A stretch of DNA of 61,381 nt, counting the filler, from Candidatus Coatesbacteria bacterium (lineage in GTDB: Bacteria > JAFGND01), in NCBI GenBank assembly GCA_016927185.1. It is 3 parts of 3 records of this genome, joined end to end, with 100 filler letters (N's around TTAATTAATTAA, not from the genome) between each part and the next. Parts side by side here need not be neighbours in the genome. Positions count along the whole stretch, not along the records: positions 23,203 to 54,978 come from JAFGND010000062.1; 2 more parts are not named here. One strand, 5' to 3'. The notes beneath the pieces were generated by a model that saw only the letters and a list, made by a program, of their open reading frames with translations, ran no database searches and was not told the origin of the DNA. Below, piece by piece: positions 30,348-40,502 of the stretch. Each line of letters begins with the position of its first letter. The stretch's first letter is position 1. Made by a program: the position numbers and the translations under genes.

Positions 30348-31532
30348 ATGAGAACTATCAGGTATATGGAGGGGATTCCAGAGATTACACCAAGAGAGCT
30401 AACTGATGAAGGAAGATATGGTTTTTTTGCAGCTTCGCATATTATACAAAACAAGCATTGCTGGACTACATTCATTCAAAAGGAAAGCAAAATTGAATGG
30501 GTTGTCATTCTTGAAACAACAAAGGAATATGGCTTTCAGGGTTATCAGTTATATGGACCATTTAAGACTGAGTTTTCACCATCTGAAAATGATACATTAT
30601 CTCCCATGCAGTTTGTTTTCAGGGATCTGGAAAACAGGAAAGTACCTTTTGTAAGAGTAGGTCCTTTCAACAATCTTGCAGAACCTAATGCAATTGAGCT
30701 ATTCAAAATGGGTTTTGGCGCTCCACTGTCAGCAATAGAGAAAAGCAATTTTCTCCAGCTTGAGCTAAGGCATCCTGCATATGAACCTGAGATTTTCGGT
30801 ATCGCTCTCAAAGATCAAATGGAAGGAAAAGATGTTGTCTGCAAGGTTCAGAGAGATGATGGGTTGATTGCAGAGGAATATCTTTCGGAATACCTTCTGC
30901 CCGAAGCTGCATTGCAGGACTATGACAGAGCGTTGCTTGAGATAATAAAAGAGAAAATACCGAAAGGGAAAAAAATTCTCGATATAGGTGCAGGTGGAGG
31001 AAGACACAGTATTGCACTTCAAAATGCAGGTTATGATATCCTGGCAATAGACAAACTCCAGAGCATGGTTGACATTTGCCTCAAGCGAGGTGTATTGAAT
31101 GCAAGAAAAATGGATATAAAGGAACTGGGAAAGCTCGATACGAAATTCGATGCTTTCCTTATGCTCGGGAACAATCTTGGAATTGCAGGTACTATGGATA
31201 ACACAATTAGATTAATGGGGCAGTTAGCACAGATAGCAAATCAGGGTGCTCTTCTAGTTGGAACAACAAAGGATCCCTTGAAAAATGCTCCATTATATCA
31301 TAGTGAATACCATACTCTCAACATGGCAAGAGGCAGATACAAGGGTCAGCTGAGATTGAGAGTGCAATACAACAACAAGTTTTCTTCATGGTTTGACTTG
31401 CTATTCATGCCTTATGAACTTGCAAAGCAGTTGACAGAAGCTGGGGGATGGACTTTAGTTAAAAGTTCTGATTCCTCAACTGATAGAAGTCTGCCTCCTA
31501 ATATGCTGTCTTTGGTATTTTCTAAAGGATAG
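30348..31532 (+). CDS. Class I SAM-dependent methyltransferase with unrecognised N-terminal domain
   Basis: LDIGAGGGRHS, MLGNNLGIAG, RDDG; about 145 extra N-terminal residues. Confidence 0.85.
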   Translation: MRTIRYMEGIPEITPRELTDEGRYGFFAASHIIQNKHCWTTFIQKESKIEWVVILETTKEYGFQGYQLYGPFKTEFSPSENDTLSPMQFVFRDLENRKVPFVRVGPFNNLAEPNAIELFKMGFGAPLSAIEKSNFLQLELRHPAYEPEIFGIALKDQMEGKDVVCKVQRDDGLIAEEYLSEYLLPEAALQDYDRALLEIIKEKIPKGKKILDIGAGGGRHSIALQNAGYDILAIDKLQSMVDICLKRGVLNARKMDIKELGKLDTKFDAFLMLGNNLGIAGTMDNTIRLMGQLAQIANQGALLVGTTKDPLKNAPLYHSEYHTLNMARGRYKGQLRLRVQYNNKFSSWFDLLFMPYELAKQLTEAGGWTLVKSSDSSTDRSLPPNMLSLVFSKG

Positions 31533-32552
31533 CTAGGGATACGGTCTCATAAGTCTCTGCCATACAATTGACTGAACCATTTCAGTTGTCAGTCCTTCAA
31601 GATTGCAATATTTTGGTTCAGAAGGGCAGTAATCTACGCAGAATTCATTAGTAGGGAAAATATTCGAAGATCTGTTACCTAACGGACCCCATCTGTCTGG
31701 ATTGCAGACTGGAAGCGGACAGAACAGACTTATTGTCCCTTTTCCAAGAGCAGATGCAATATGCATTGGACCAGTGCTTGATGATATAAGAATATCTATC
31801 TGGGAGATAATTGAAATAAGTGCCCTGAGTGATAATCCGTATAAGGGTATAATTGACTCTGGAAAATCATCTATATAAGGAAGTATATCCTTTTTTTCCT
31901 TGCTGCTTCCCAGAAGCAATATTTTTATATTCTTTGCTTCACACAGCAGCTTTGCCAGTTCTATATATCTTTCTATTTTCCAGTTGGGGGAGCTTCTTCC
32001 ACTCCCGGGATTTATCGCAATAATCTCATCTCCAGGAGTGATACCACATTCAGCGAGATAGCCAATTGCCCAGCTTCTTTCTTCTTTTAGCAGTGTAATG
32101 CTCGGTGTTAAGATGATTTGCGGAAGCCCAATATATCTTCCAAGATCCATGTTGTAATCTACTTCATGTCTTATTGGTTCATAATTCCTTGGAACCGAAC
32201 GCATTAATGTCAAATATTGATAGAATATAGTCCCAACACCAATCCTGTTTGGAATTCTTGCGAAAAACAGCAACCAGGCAAGTTCTTTTGTCGGATGAAG
32301 CAATAATGCATCTGTGAAATCGTACTCTCTTATCCTTGAAACCTGTTTTCTTCCTGAAATTTGTGGATAATATATCAGAATCTTATTCAAATCAGGATTA
32401 TGCTCAAGAACTGGAGCTGTTTCCCTTCTTACAAGAGCTGCTATGAAAGCATCTTTGTAGCTTGCTTTTAAAGACGAGATTAGCGGTGTCATTAATACGA
32501 CATCACCAACTCTGTCTGGTCTTACAATTAATATTCTTCTTCTTTTTGGCAA
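31533..32552 (-). CDS. Glycosyltransferase family 9 (LPS heptosyltransferase-like)
   Basis: RPDRVGDVV, NPGSG, STGPMHIASA. Confidence 0.92.
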   Translation of the reverse strand: MPKRRRILIVRPDRVGDVVLMTPLISSLKASYKDAFIAALVRRETAPVLEHNPDLNKILIYYPQISGRKQVSRIREYDFTDALLLHPTKELAWLLFFARIPNRIGVGTIFYQYLTLMRSVPRNYEPIRHEVDYNMDLGRYIGLPQIILTPSITLLKEERSWAIGYLAECGITPGDEIIAINPGSGRSSPNWKIERYIELAKLLCEAKNIKILLLGSSKEKKDILPYIDDFPESIIPLYGLSLRALISIISQIDILISSSTGPMHIASALGKGTISLFCPLPVCNPDRWGPLGNRSSNIFPTNEFCVDYCPSEPKYCNLEGLTTEMVQSIVWQRLMRPYP

Positions 32553-32561
32553 AGTTAGGTT

Positions 32562-32954
32562 TTAGAGGTAAAGAGTGAATTGCTCGAATACTATATGCCA
32601 GCTTTCTCCATAGCTCTTTTTCAGAACAAGAGTACCAATGGAGGCATAATCAAGTGATTCTCCTGAGATCACGTTTCTTACCTTTCCGTTTACTGGAAAA
32701 TGCGTGAATAATAAGTCATCAAGCCACCATGATTTTACATCACTAAACTCAAGGCTTTTTGGAGAAAAGGATCGGAATAGGGATTCATATCCAGCTTTTA
32801 TTTGATCCCAGCCTTTAAGTATCTTCCCATTGGATGTTATCTGTACAACATCACCTTCCTTTGGATATAACGTCATTATTGTTGTAATATCTGCTTCTTC
32901 AGCACTTATCCTGAATTGCTCCAGAAGGTTCAGGCATGCCTGAGGGATCTCCAT
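32562..32954 (-). CDS. NTF2/SnoaL-like protein
   Basis: GWDQIKAGY, TLVLKK...WHIV; AAGGAGG SD before 32954. Confidence 0.75.
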   Translation of the reverse strand: MEIPQACLNLLEQFRISAEEADITTIMTLYPKEGDVVQITSNGKILKGWDQIKAGYESLFRSFSPKSLEFSDVKSWWLDDLLFTHFPVNGKVRNVISGESLDYASIGTLVLKKSYGESWHIVFEQFTLYL

Positions 32955-33019
32955 ATTCTGCCTCCTTGAATTGACATAAATGAGTTTGGCTAGAAAATCT
33001 ATGACTAGAAAAAAAGGCA

Positions 33020-33061
33020 ATAGAAAATAAAAAAACCGGGATAAAACCCGGTTTTTTATTT
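33020..33061 (-). terminator. Intrinsic terminator, copy 1 of a duplicated element
   Basis: AAAAAACCGGG-ATAAAA-CCCGGTTTTTT. Confidence 0.88.
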
Positions 33062-33080
33062 TCAGTTTCGTTGTTGAGAA

Positions 33081-34433
33081 TTACAGTTTTGTAACTCTTC
33101 CGCTTGTAATAAGCTTGTTACCTACTGTCATCTTGTAAATGTATACTCCTGCTCTTACATTATCGGTATACCAGTATACACCATGGTTTCCAAAGCTCTT
33201 CTTTGAATTTACAATGGTTTTCAAAGCTCTTCCACTAATGTCATATATTGTAATATTGACTACTTTCATATGATCATTGTCGGAGAGAGTAAAACCGAAG
33301 AGGAAGTTGGCGCGTGATGGATTCGGATAAATCTTCAGCATTTCGCTTTTTGTTGGGATATAATTGGCGAATTTTGATTTATAGTAGAATCCAACCTGAC
33401 GACCTGTTGCATACCATGCTGTTCCCATTCTTGATGAACCGCTTGTTCCACCAGATACCAGCAGATTGAAGCTGTCAAATGAAGCATTTGGCATTGAACC
33501 GCGTGCTTGTGGCAATGGTTCATCATCAACCCAGCTTCCCTGACCTTGCTGCAGGAAATAAATGTTTGTTCTTGCAGGACCATATGAAGAATAACCACTA
33601 CCTACATTGTAAATTCCATTTTGATTTGAGACTGCTGTATTGAAGTTGACTCCTCCTGGAAGTGTTGGACCAGTTGCCCAGGTGTTTGTTACTGGATCGT
33701 AAATATGAACGCCAGTATAACCTGCAGTGCTTCCATTATATCCACCAACAGTATAGACTTTGCCATTATAGAATGCACAGTTGTTATTGAAGTACAAATA
33801 ACTTCCAGTTCCTGGCCAGTCTGCTGCTGAAATCCAGCTATCAGCCACGTCATCATAAATCCATGAATGTTTTGTCTGGGGAGTATAACCACCTGTTATG
33901 AAGTGTTTTCCTCCACCGATATAGCAACCCTGGTGTCCGACATAAGGAACTGCCGGGTTTGTTGGGATTGTTCTTGAAGTATTCCACGTGCTTGTCGTAA
34001 AGTCAAGAATCTGAATTACTCTTGATGATGGGTAGCTTCCGAAAACGAAAAATTTTGTTCCAGTAAATGTAAATGCGGTGTTGTTGCAGTTATTGGGAAG
34101 CTGCGGAGTATAATTTGCCCAGGTATTAGTGTTATGATCATATGACCATGATGGTTTGTCAGTATCACTAGCTCCGAAACCTCCGAAAACATAATGCTTT
34201 CCGCCATAGAAGCAACCTGCTCCACGGCAGTTTACAGTTGGCTGATTGGCAGCATTCTGGAATGGATCTAATGATACTCCATCAACTGAATTGGTATAAT
34301 CATAAGGCTTGACTGTCTCAGGAAGTTGTACTAATCCTGCCAAAACATCCTCTGGGCGGTAGAGAACATGGTTTTGTGCGAAAAGTAATGAAAGACTCCC
34401 AATAAGGATTAACATTAAAACATGCTTTGTCAT
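33081..34433 (-). CDS. Secreted Kelch-repeat protein with C-terminal sorting domain (paralog 1)
   Basis: Signal peptide, GG...YD...W Kelch blades, YPNPS...IYDISGR tail. Confidence 0.88.
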   Translation of the reverse strand: MTKHVLMLILIGSLSLLFAQNHVLYRPEDVLAGLVQLPETVKPYDYTNSVDGVSLDPFQNAANQPTVNCRGAGCFYGGKHYVFGGFGASDTDKPSWSYDHNTNTWANYTPQLPNNCNNTAFTFTGTKFFVFGSYPSSRVIQILDFTTSTWNTSRTIPTNPAVPYVGHQGCYIGGGKHFITGGYTPQTKHSWIYDDVADSWISAADWPGTGSYLYFNNNCAFYNGKVYTVGGYNGSTAGYTGVHIYDPVTNTWATGPTLPGGVNFNTAVSNQNGIYNVGSGYSSYGPARTNIYFLQQGQGSWVDDEPLPQARGSMPNASFDSFNLLVSGGTSGSSRMGTAWYATGRQVGFYYKSKFANYIPTKSEMLKIYPNPSRANFLFGFTLSDNDHMKVVNITIYDISGRALKTIVNSKKSFGNHGVYWYTDNVRAGVYIYKMTVGNKLITSGRVTKL

Positions 34434-34534
34434 TTTGTCTCCTTTCTATTAGTTTAAAAACGAAAGCAAGATTTTTTTCTTTTTCTTAAATGTCAAGAGA
34501 AAACAGCTATTTTTTTAAAAATAATTACAGGCCG

Positions 34535-34574
34535 ATAGAAAATAAAAAACCGGGATAAAACCCGGTTTTTATTT
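34535..34574 (-). terminator. Intrinsic terminator, copy 2
   Basis: AAAAACCGGG-ATAAAA-CCCGGTTTTT, near-identical to 33020-33061. Confidence 0.88.
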
Positions 34575-34589
34575 AAAAGATACTTCCTG

Positions 34590-35918
34590 TTATGGTAAGC
34601 GAACTATTCTCTGGCTTCCAGCAAGTTTTCCATCAATTGTCATTACAACTGTATATGTTCCAGTTGCAAGATTGCCATTCCAGAATTTTGCATGGAATCC
34701 ATCTGCTCTTTTTTCATTAAGAATTGTTGCAATTTTGCGACCATTGAGATCGTAAACAGAAATGTTTACAGCCTTCATATGATCTGATGGATTGAGTTTG
34801 TATCCTACCCTGATCTGGTCTCTGCATGGATTAGGAGTTACTCCTGTAAGGCATGAGTTTTCAGGGATTTTCCTTGTTGCATTCTTGTAATTTCCAAATC
34901 CAACCTTGTGGCCTGCACCAATCCAGCATTGCCTGTTGGTTGAACCTGAGTCTCCACCATAAGCAATGATTAGATTATAGTCATAGCCACCGCCGACTGG
35001 GCTTACTCCACCAGTATAAGAGGATGGCAATGGTTCATCAGTCTGCCATGCAGTTGTGCTTCCATAGAAGAGTGCATAGCAAGCAAGTCTGTTTGTTGAA
35101 TATCCACCGTATGCGAATAAGCCGTTTCCATTAACTGCTGATGCAATCTTGCTGAATTTTGCAGATGGAAGTGCTGGTTCGGTTGTCCAGGTGTTTGTTC
35201 CTGGAGTATATCCATAAACAACTGCACTGGTTGAATATCCACCGATAAAATATGCTTTTCCATTAAACCATGAAGCTGTGCAGTAATATTTTCCACCTGG
35301 CATGTTTGCAGCAGCTGTCCATGAATCTGAAGCAGTGTCATAAATTGCTGCTGTTGTAACACCAGAACCGTTTGACGTTGTTCCACCGGCAACAATAATT
35401 CTTGTTCCACCTATTGGTGATGCACCACTTGCATACCAGTAAGAACCGCAGTATGATGTTGGTATGTCAGCCATTGATGTCCAGGCATTTGAAACTGGAT
35501 CGAAAACCATTACATGTCTGTGTGAGCCGTATGAACCGAAGATATAAAGTTTGTTATTGCAAACTGTAAATCCTGAGTTGTTTGTTGTATAAGGTGGTAA
35601 TGGACATGCTGTCCATGAATCAGTTGTTAAATCATAATATTCATGAGCATTGCTGAATCCACCGAATGCATACAAGCGATATTGTCCACTGACCTGCATT
35701 AAACCACCGGAAACACGACCTCCACCAATTATACCAGCTGCTTTTAATGTCCAGCTGTCAATAGATATTCCGTCAACACCTTCATAGTTATAGTCCTGAC
35801 GGGAGAAAATAACATTACCTGACGCACCATCTGCTGGATCAAAATTAGTTATTAACCTGTCAGTACCGTAAAGTGCAGTAACCCCTAAAATCAGGGTTAG
35901 AAGAATAAAATACTTCAT
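34590..35918 (-). CDS. Secreted Kelch-repeat protein with C-terminal sorting domain (paralog 2)
   Basis: Signal peptide from ATG 35918 (AAGGAG SD), Kelch blades, TPNPC...VYDLNGR tail. Confidence 0.88.
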   Translation of the reverse strand: MKYFILLTLILGVTALYGTDRLITNFDPADGASGNVIFSRQDYNYEGVDGISIDSWTLKAAGIIGGGRVSGGLMQVSGQYRLYAFGGFSNAHEYYDLTTDSWTACPLPPYTTNNSGFTVCNNKLYIFGSYGSHRHVMVFDPVSNAWTSMADIPTSYCGSYWYASGASPIGGTRIIVAGGTTSNGSGVTTAAIYDTASDSWTAAANMPGGKYYCTASWFNGKAYFIGGYSTSAVVYGYTPGTNTWTTEPALPSAKFSKIASAVNGNGLFAYGGYSTNRLACYALFYGSTTAWQTDEPLPSSYTGGVSPVGGGYDYNLIIAYGGDSGSTNRQCWIGAGHKVGFGNYKNATRKIPENSCLTGVTPNPCRDQIRVGYKLNPSDHMKAVNISVYDLNGRKIATILNEKRADGFHAKFWNGNLATGTYTVVMTIDGKLAGSQRIVRLP

Positions 35919-35995
35919 GCTTTCTCCTTTCTTTAAATTCATAAAAAGACATGAACAACTAAATAATACTTTTCAATAATGTCAAGAAAAAAATT

Positions 35996-37156
35996 TCATA
36001 TAGCTGATTTCAGTTCCTCAACCTTGTTTGTTTGCTCCCATGTGAATTCAGGAATCTCTCTTCCAAAATGACCATAAGCAGCTGTCTTTCTGAAAATAGG
36101 TCTTCTCAAATTGAGAGAATTGATAATTCCCTTTGGAGTCAGGTCAAATACATTTCTTACTGCAGCTATTATCTTTGATTCCTCAACCTTGCCTGTATTG
36201 TACAAATCTATCATAATGCTTACTGGTTCTGCAACTCCTATTGCATAAGCAAGCTGAAGTTCACATTTTTCAGCAAATCCTGCAGCAACAATATTCTTTG
36301 CAACCCATCTTGCAGCATATGATGCGCTTCTGTCAACTTTTGAAGGATCCTTTCCGCTGAATGCTCCTCCACCATGACGCCCCATGCCACCATAAGTATC
36401 GACTATTATCTTTCTTCCAGTCAAGCCGCAATCAGCCTGAGGTCCTCCGCAAACAAATCTTCCAGTCGGATTAATATAATATTTTATGTCTTTTGCAAGC
36501 ATTTCCTTCGGAATGACTTTCTTGATTACCTCTTCTATCATTGCTTCTTCGATTTCCTTATGGGTTGGCTCTGGATTGTGCTGAGTGGAAATGACAACTG
36601 TCTTGACGCACTTTGGCTTCCAGTCTTCATATTCAATAGTAACCTGGGATTTTCCATCTGGTCTCAGCCAGTTAACAATATTACTCCTCCTTGCAGTTGA
36701 AAGCTGTTGTGTAAGCTTGTGGGCAAGAAGAATAGGCATAGGCATTAGTTCTGGAGTATCAGTTGTTGCAAAACCAAACATCATGCCCTGATCTCCTGCT
36801 CCCTGTGAATGCCCTGCACCCTCGTCAACTCCCATAGCTATATCCTTGCTTTGCTCATCTATTGAAACTACAACTGCACAGGTTTCATAATCATATCCAA
36901 ATTGTGCATTTGTATAACCGATTTCCTTGATGACATTTCTTACCGTGTTGGGAACATCACAATATGCATTTGTCGTAATTTCTCCAGCCACGAAAGCCAG
37001 TCCGGTTGTAACCAGTGTTTCACAAGCTACCCTTGATGCAGGATCCTGGCTTATCAGGCAATCCAGTATTGAATCTGAAATTTGATCAGCTATCTTGTCC
37101 GGGTGTCCTTCTGTCACTGACTCTGATGTGAATAAAAAGTGTCCTTTGCGATGCAT
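35996..37156 (-). CDS. metK: S-adenosylmethionine synthetase
   Basis: [34 protein letters not shown]. Confidence 0.98.
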   Translation of the reverse strand: MHRKGHFLFTSESVTEGHPDKIADQISDSILDCLISQDPASRVACETLVTTGLAFVAGEITTNAYCDVPNTVRNVIKEIGYTNAQFGYDYETCAVVVSIDEQSKDIAMGVDEGAGHSQGAGDQGMMFGFATTDTPELMPMPILLAHKLTQQLSTARRSNIVNWLRPDGKSQVTIEYEDWKPKCVKTVVISTQHNPEPTHKEIEEAMIEEVIKKVIPKEMLAKDIKYYINPTGRFVCGGPQADCGLTGRKIIVDTYGGMGRHGGGAFSGKDPSKVDRSASYAARWVAKNIVAAGFAEKCELQLAYAIGVAEPVSIMIDLYNTGKVEESKIIAAVRNVFDLTPKGIINSLNLRRPIFRKTAAYGHFGREIPEFTWEQTNKVEELKSAI

Positions 37157-38169
37157 CATTCCTCCTTTAATGATTCATTAAAAAAATGGACAGAAGCATT
37201 ATCACTTAAGCTGAATGACATCATCTGTCCCAAAACTTCTGCCCTTTCACCAATTATAGAATTCTCTATTATCAAGTTATTTATTTCTGCATGATGATGA
37301 ATAATACTGTTAGAAACTATTGCATGATATATTTTTGCGTTATCCCCTATCGTGACATATGGTCCAATTATGCTTTCCTTGATTTCAACGTTTTTCCCGA
37401 TATTTACTGGAGGTATTATCATGTAGTCTTTTTCGTTCTTATGATGTTGCTCCATCTCCTTTTCCAGCAATGCCTTGTTTGTTTCAAGCAAAGTTTCAGG
37501 GCGTCCGCAATCAAACCACTTGCCGATTTTTCGGGGGATGAATTCAGTACCTTTGTCAAGCATATATTGCAGTGCATCAGTAAGCTGAAATTCACCTTTT
37601 GTTGTAATATTATTCCTTATTATATGATCAAGTCCTTCAAAAAGAAGGGAGGCTTCCCTGAAATAATAAACTCCAACTATCGCAAGATTGGAGGGTGGTT
37701 TTTCAGGTTTCTCTATAACCCTCTTTATGAAACCATTGTCCAGCTCAACGACACCAAATCTTCTTGGATCATCAACTTCCTTGACTGCTAGAGCTGAATA
37801 ATGCTCATCAAGCATAAGAGATAAATCCAGCTCAACAAGAGTATCTCCAAGCATGATTAGAAGTGGTTTGTTTTTATCTATAAGCTTGTCTACAAGGCTT
37901 ATTGCATGACCAAGTCCTTTTGTTTCTTCTTGCTCCACGAAAACAATATCAGTATCTGGATATGTCTCTGAGGTATAGCAACGCAGTTTTTCTCCCATAT
38001 ATCCAACAATTATGAATAATTTGTCTGGCTTAAGTGCAACTATTTTATCGAGAATATGACCAATAATTGGTTTTCCTGCGACAGGAAGCAATACTTTGGG
38101 AAGGGTGAAGGTATGAGGCCTTAATCTTGTTCCGATACCAGCTGCAGGGACTATTACGTTAAACCCCAT
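37156..38169 (-). CDS. Sugar-phosphate nucleotidyltransferase (glucose-1-phosphate thymidylyltransferase-like)
   Basis: [21 protein letters not shown]-terminal left-handed beta-helix. Confidence 0.9.
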   Translation of the reverse strand: MGFNVIVPAAGIGTRLRPHTFTLPKVLLPVAGKPIIGHILDKIVALKPDKLFIIVGYMGEKLRCYTSETYPDTDIVFVEQEETKGLGHAISLVDKLIDKNKPLLIMLGDTLVELDLSLMLDEHYSALAVKEVDDPRRFGVVELDNGFIKRVIEKPEKPPSNLAIVGVYYFREASLLFEGLDHIIRNNITTKGEFQLTDALQYMLDKGTEFIPRKIGKWFDCGRPETLLETNKALLEKEMEQHHKNEKDYMIIPPVNIGKNVEIKESIIGPYVTIGDNAKIYHAIVSNSIIHHHAEINNLIIENSIIGERAEVLGQMMSFSLSDNASVHFFNESLKEE

Positions 38170-39301
38170 CTTCTCCTATTTTCTTGTATTCATCGAATAT
38201 TATGTTTACACTATTATTCTTGTTTATTTCTTCTATGGCTTTAGCCTTTATTTTTGCAGCTCTGCAGAATTCCCTGTAAATCTCGAGATAATCATCATTC
38301 ATAAGCTTATTCAAACCGATGCATCTTTTGCAGAATGGAAGATATTCGCATTTCATGCATTCCTCGAAATGAGAGACATAAATCTGCCTGAATTTATTGA
38401 ATATCTCTGCTTCTTTCCATAATTTCCTGAAGTCATCTTTCCTAATGTTTCCAGCATAATCAGGGATTTGAAGGCAGGGAGATATAAAACCTTCGGGATT
38501 AATCCTGAAAGTAAATCTGCCTGCTCCACATGGAGTTGTCTTGTCAGCCAGTTTTATTTTAAGAAGTCTTTCTTCTTCGGGATTCTTGAAAGGTGAAATC
38601 CTGCTATGAAGAAATGTGTAAGCTCTGAAAAGCTCTTCATCATTCATTCGCCAGTTTTTTATAGCTTCTTCATTTCCATTGTTTAATGGGGTTACTTGTG
38701 CATCAAGTCTGAAAGGAACATCAAGAGATATAAAAAATTTTACAAGTTCTTCAAGATTATCAAGATTCTGCTTCATGATGACACTCTTGAGCTGAAACGG
38801 AACCTCTTCCTTTTTCAAGTAATCAATAGCTCTTCTGAGTTTTACCCAAGATCCAGGGACTCTTGTCACTTTTTCATAGGTTTCTTCGTTGGAACCATAA
38901 CAACTTATTTCAACCATTACTGGTCTTAATTCAGCAATTCTTCTTGCAGAATCCTGATCTATCAAAGTCCCGTTGGTAAAAAGCCTTAACGCGAAGTGCC
39001 TTTTCCTCGCATATTCAGCTATCTGGAAGAAATCCTCTCTTATAAGTATTTCACCACCAGTAAAAGTCAAGAACATACATTGCATATCCACAAGAAGATC
39101 CATGAAATCCTTGTATTCCTCAAATGTTAATTCATTAGCTTTTTTTGGATGTTCTGACTGAAGATAACAATGCCCGCAAATAAGGTTGCATCTATAAGTT
39201 AATTCGAATGTCGCATGAACAGGAATAAGCTTCTTTGAGGCATTAGTTAATACTTGCTGATACTGACTTTGAAATAATTTAAGATCGTGGTCTATTGACA
39301 T
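38159..39301 (-). CDS. Radical SAM/SPASM protein (PqqE-like maturase family)
   Basis: ELTYRCNLICGHC, FTGGE, TNG; SPASM CGAG...SPC...GNIR...CMKC...C..C. Confidence 0.9.
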   Translation of the reverse strand: MSIDHDLKLFQSQYQQVLTNASKKLIPVHATFELTYRCNLICGHCYLQSEHPKKANELTFEEYKDFMDLLVDMQCMFLTFTGGEILIREDFFQIAEYARKRHFALRLFTNGTLIDQDSARRIAELRPVMVEISCYGSNEETYEKVTRVPGSWVKLRRAIDYLKKEEVPFQLKSVIMKQNLDNLEELVKFFISLDVPFRLDAQVTPLNNGNEEAIKNWRMNDEELFRAYTFLHSRISPFKNPEEERLLKIKLADKTTPCGAGRFTFRINPEGFISPCLQIPDYAGNIRKDDFRKLWKEAEIFNKFRQIYVSHFEECMKCEYLPFCKRCIGLNKLMNDDYLEIYREFCRAAKIKAKAIEEINKNNSVNIIFDEYKKIGEDGV

Positions 39302-40500
39302 TAATAAGTATCCTTGAATAATTGCCAGAGTTCTCTGCCTTTTATTTTTATATCATCCCTTGCAGATATCATGTTATTCAGTAAATCCCAGAACAATGCT
39401 ACAATGATTCCCATAAATAGTCCAAAAAACAATCCACCGGCTGCGTAAAAAGCTCTCTTTGGTTTTATTTTCTTCATGACGGGAGTAGCTGGATCAAGGA
39501 CTTGAATTGTAGGGGTAGTTCTTTTTTCCTCTATTTTTGCCATCTCATATTGCTGATAAATTAGCAGATAAACTGCTTCCTGAATCTCGATATCTCTTTT
39601 CAGTCTGGCAAAATCAACTGCAACTTTTGGTATCTTGGAGAAAGGAACATAAAACTGAGTGTCTTTTTCAGGATCACCTTCTCCAGTCATGTTTTTCATC
39701 TCAGTCTTTAATTTGTCAATCGCTGTTTTCAAGGCAATGTGCTCTGGATTTTTTTCAGTAGCGTATGTTTTCACGATATTAAGCTGTGCTTCCTTGGAAA
39801 TAATCTCAGCTTTTATTTGTGCTATTGATCTAATGAGTGCTTCAGTTTCATCAGGCAATGAAACAGCTTTGTTTTCTTCCTGGAATTGCTGGAATTTGTT
39901 TTCAAGACTATCAGTTATAACCTTTGTTTCATCCAGTCTCTGTTTCAAGAACTGAACAGTAATCTTTGCTTTTGTAATAAGGCTTTCCTTGTTGAATTTG
40001 TCAAGTTCTTCAATAAACGCATTTGCCATTGCAGCAGCTCTGCTTCTGTCCTTATCTATAACCGTGAATTTTATAAGATTTTCATCAGTTGCTTCGCCTT
40101 CAATTTTTTCATCAAGTAATTCAATAGCCTCTTCATTAGTGTCTACTTCGTATACTTCTTTCAGATTGAATCTCTTTACAATTTTCTCTCTTATATAAGC
40201 ACTTTGTATTATTCTCAAGTAAAGCTCAGGATCTCCTGCTGTTCCACCCATATTAAATCCCGGGATTGACGTGTTGCCCATCATTTTTCCAATATTACCC
40301 ATTGAAGACATCATGCTGCTAAGCCCTGAAGGAATACCTGTTTCTTCTGCAGGTGGAAGGACTACTACAAGAGCTTCATATGAATTATCAAGCCAGAATG
40401 CATATGCTGATGCAAGACCAAAAAAGGCAACACCCATCCAGAATATGAATTTTCTATGAAAAATAACGCTTTTAAGAAATGTATATAAGTATTCAATCAT
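39301..40500 (-). CDS. Polysaccharide co-polymerase (Wzz/GNVR)
   Basis: Two terminal TMs, coiled coil, VLDPA...KPKR. Confidence 0.88.
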   Translation of the reverse strand: MIEYLYTFLKSVIFHRKFIFWMGVAFFGLASAYAFWLDNSYEALVVVLPPAEETGIPSGLSSMMSSMGNIGKMMGNTSIPGFNMGGTAGDPELYLRIIQSAYIREKIVKRFNLKEVYEVDTNEEAIELLDEKIEGEATDENLIKFTVIDKDRSRAAAMANAFIEELDKFNKESLITKAKITVQFLKQRLDETKVITDSLENKFQQFQEENKAVSLPDETEALIRSIAQIKAEIISKEAQLNIVKTYATEKNPEHIALKTAIDKLKTEMKNMTGEGDPEKDTQFYVPFSKIPKVAVDFARLKRDIEIQEAVYLLIYQQYEMAKIEEKRTTPTIQVLDPATPVMKKIKPKRAFYAAGGLFFGLFMGIIVALFWDLLNNMISARDDIKIKGRELWQLFKDTY

Positions 40501-40502
40501 TC

